Of a DNA stretch of 64,000 nt, positions 61,175 through 64,000 are shown piece after piece (position 1 is the first letter of the stretch; each line of letters begins with the position of its first letter). The stretch is taken from NCBI GenBank assembly GCA_026026165.1, contig JAPEUD010000030.1, forward strand, positions 62,001-126,000. The letters are read 5' to 3'. The notes under the pieces were generated by a model, which saw only the letters and a list, made by a program, of their open reading frames with translations, had not been told where the DNA came from and searched no databases. A program made the translations under genes and the position numbers. Origin of the DNA: Sarea resinae (Eukaryota).

Positions 61175-64000
61175 GGTTGCGAACGAGATGATGATGCACT
61201 CGACCGTGTGGATGTCGATGGTCCCGAGAATTTAGATGGAAGGCCGCTGCCCCAGCGGTCGGGCGGAACAATGTGTAGGCTGCAAATGTATGCGTTGGTT
61301 TCGAAACCGTTCGAGAGATCGAGAGCGGCTTGGGCACTAAATTTGAGGGCCGAGTCGAGAAGAAGTTTGGATCCAAGCGGAAGCCATCACAACGGTCCCG
61401 ATTGACCGTCTGCTATGCACCGTAGGTGTATCACAGAGTCCGCGGTTGCCACACCGACGAGTGTCTACCGTTGGGAAGAGTAAATGATGTATGGACCATC
61501 GAGGAAGATCCGAGAGAGGAGGGAGCGCAAAGTCGTGATACGTCAGGCAGCAGCCATGACTATCTGTGATCGACGATGTTTGACCGAATGGTAGCCACAA
61601 AGAGAGGAACAGGAACGCCGAGATGGATGCTCGTCGAACGGCAAAGTCTTGACACCAGATGGTCCCGAATCACACTCGATGAAGCTCAAGACCAGCTGGA
61701 GGACGACCTGGTGAATGGGGCAGGTATTGGAGAAGTGAGTGAGTGGTGCAGCTCAGTCAACTTCGAGCCGGCTGAGTCGAGCTTGGGTCCAAGCTAAGCT
61801 ACCTTGTGACGGGGAAGATGACTCGGTGATAAAGATGACAACGGTGACTAACGCGATAGGGCGTTGCCAATCCGATGACTTTCCTAACAATATATAGGGA
61901 TTTACGCCTTCAGGGGTCCGGATGATGGCAGGAAAAGAGAATGGGGCATGGGGAAATGCAGCGTCCAAGACTCTAAGATATGTACGGTAGGATGAAGCTG
62001 CACCTCCGTCAAGCAGCTCCACCGGGGTTGGTCGTCTTCGATCGAAGTCCCCAAGGCTCGACTTTCAGGCAGCCGAAGGTACTCGGGGAGCGGTTATCGT
62101 GTTCCAGGTAGCCTGTATCGGAGGAGGCTACCTGGTGATGGGTAGACTTGCTCGACGCCCACCGCGGCCGATACCTCGAGAAAGGTACTCGGGGCGACTT
62201 GGGTTCTCATCTGCGGTAAGGTTGGGACTTGGGGCGTGGTGAAGCGAGCAAGCGAGCGAGCGAGCGAGAGCGGTGTCCGGGGGCAGCAGTGCTACATGAT
62301 ACAAAGAACGATATTGCCCGTGATAAGAACCTCCCGCGGCGAACCTGGAAGATATCTGATCGGCGTGGAGGAAGAGGACGAACGTGATGATCATAGAGAG
62401 AAAGATGAGAGGAGAGAGGCTCGGATACCCTACAGAGACCACGAACCACGAACCACGATCCCTCCTTTCTCCAGCTGCTTGCTATCACTGACTCCCGTCC
62501 TTTTCCTCGGCGGTTACAGATGCCAGAATGCCTCGACGGAATGGATGGATTCGACTCATGCAGCCCATGCAGTGGAGCTGGAGTGCAGCAGTGGCAGCAG
62601 CTGCAGCGGTCACCCTCCACGCCCTTCGCCCTCCTCGCCCTAGCACGGGAGCCAATGATGGTGTTGCCGCCTGCTTCTCTTCGAAGACGCACAGACACTT
62701 TTGGCCGGGAGAGACGAAGAGGAAGGGCCGGGCGCTCTTCCGTCGTCGTCGGTACCTATTTCATCGTGGAAACCAGATATGGAGTTCAGTACCTACTCAT
62801 AGTACTTACCTTTGATTACCCCTTTGGTCTAGCTTCGATATATCCATCGCCAATGGCTGGCCGTTAAAGCCTCATGCTGCTTTTCATCTGCTGTCTCACC
62901 CGTCGCTGCGCACCTCGGGATCTAACGCCTTGAAGTCCACGCTCGAACACTCGCCCCAGAGCGGCGTCCAGATACCCAGATGTGGCAGTCTGACGGACGG
63001 TTCCCCTCCACTGCCTCTCAGCACCAGATCAGTGTGATTTGTCTGAAGTAGCACAGTGCATCGACCATTGGATCGGCTCCCATCTTATCAGGCAATCTTT
63101 GGTCGGTAAGGTATCATCAAGGGACCATTGATAGCCTCGTGATGCAGCATGAGGGTGTCCTCGGGGCCATCACAGCCAAGGTACCAGCTGCAGGCTCCAG
63201 GATCGTGACACGGCTACGATGTTTATGAAGAGAGATCGTCGCCCCGCTGTTTGCAAACCAATCATTGGATGTAATTCGAGTGAGGCTCTACATAGTACTC
63301 TACGAATCCCGCCCGTGTGCTCTACGGTTTACTTCAGCTGTACTCTTGTTCTTTGTCCTTCTACCGGAGAAGCCTCATGGTGTCTACTTCCGTGGTCACG
63401 ATAATGGAGGCCTCCCTTTATAGCTCTCCACGTTGAAATCGAGGTCGCTCTACCAGTACCCTCGTATTCGAGAACTCGCTGCGGACTCGTGATTCATGGA
63501 TGGGACGCGACGACGATCGGCATGTTGATCCTGCGGCAATACGAGTACTGCGCAGTACATAGTACTATGAGTAGAATACGGTCAATTCCAACCCGCTATG
63601 ATCTCAGATAACGCAATTAATTATCGATAATTGATGATCATCCCCTGATTATGTTCCGCGATGCGATTGGATACACTGCACGACCCGAGTAGATCCGATC
63701 AACAGAGCATTGCATTGCGCAAGACGTCAAGTCACTATCATCAAAGCTCTACTATGAGTATATCATGGCGTCGCGCAATCATGCCAATCAGGAAGACATT
63801 CGGAACGCTTGCCATCATACGATGTTCAGCCTACCTGATGACAATAAGACCGTAATCTCTTCCTTCGTGAGATAGGTGGTGAGTTGCACGTGGCTGGCTA
63901 CCTTGCCGCCCTGTCGGACAGGAAGCCTCAAGCCTGTCAAGACCATAACTCATGAGCTGCTTTAGTTGCCGGATGGTCGCGGATGGTAGCATGACATGTT

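Noticed and set aside
61200..64000. Short ORFs upstream of ATG13
   Set aside because: No recognisable domain or consistent exon chain; probably promoter or UTR sequence, though a long ATG13 leader cannot be excluded.

Overview
Eukaryotic DNA from a filamentous ascomycete (Pezizomycotina), judged from short GT-AG introns with CTRAY-type branch sites and from the gene content. The left end carries two divergent short-chain dehydrogenases, a bZIP/DUF3425-type regulator and a GNAT acetyltransferase. Conserved genes follow: TRM7, MAK5, COQ5, BCKDH E1-alpha, SPF30, YAP1, KAP123, a metallophosphoesterase-like/RGG protein, NCR1, REC114, RSC9 and ATG13. Accessory material is interspersed: two copies of a 112-bp solo-LTR-like repeat, an SRPK-like kinase, a large orphan protein and a BTB-domain gene. 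The best hidden items are (1) an intron-encoded box C/D snoRNA (snR71-like, predicted guide for 25S Am2946) in KAP123; (2) a BTB gene whose TAG is followed by 53 more in-frame codons (RIP lesion, or a stop recoded by A-to-I editing or readthrough); (3) an orphan with a catalytically degenerate KpsF/GutQ-type SIS domain; (4) a GC-AG intron with a NAGNAG acceptor inside the kinase catalytic loop; (5) a long, structured YAP1 intron splitting the redox domain; and (6) RIP-like TpA-rich islands around microsatellites. All gene calls come from motif recognition by eye, and exon boundaries are manual predictions.
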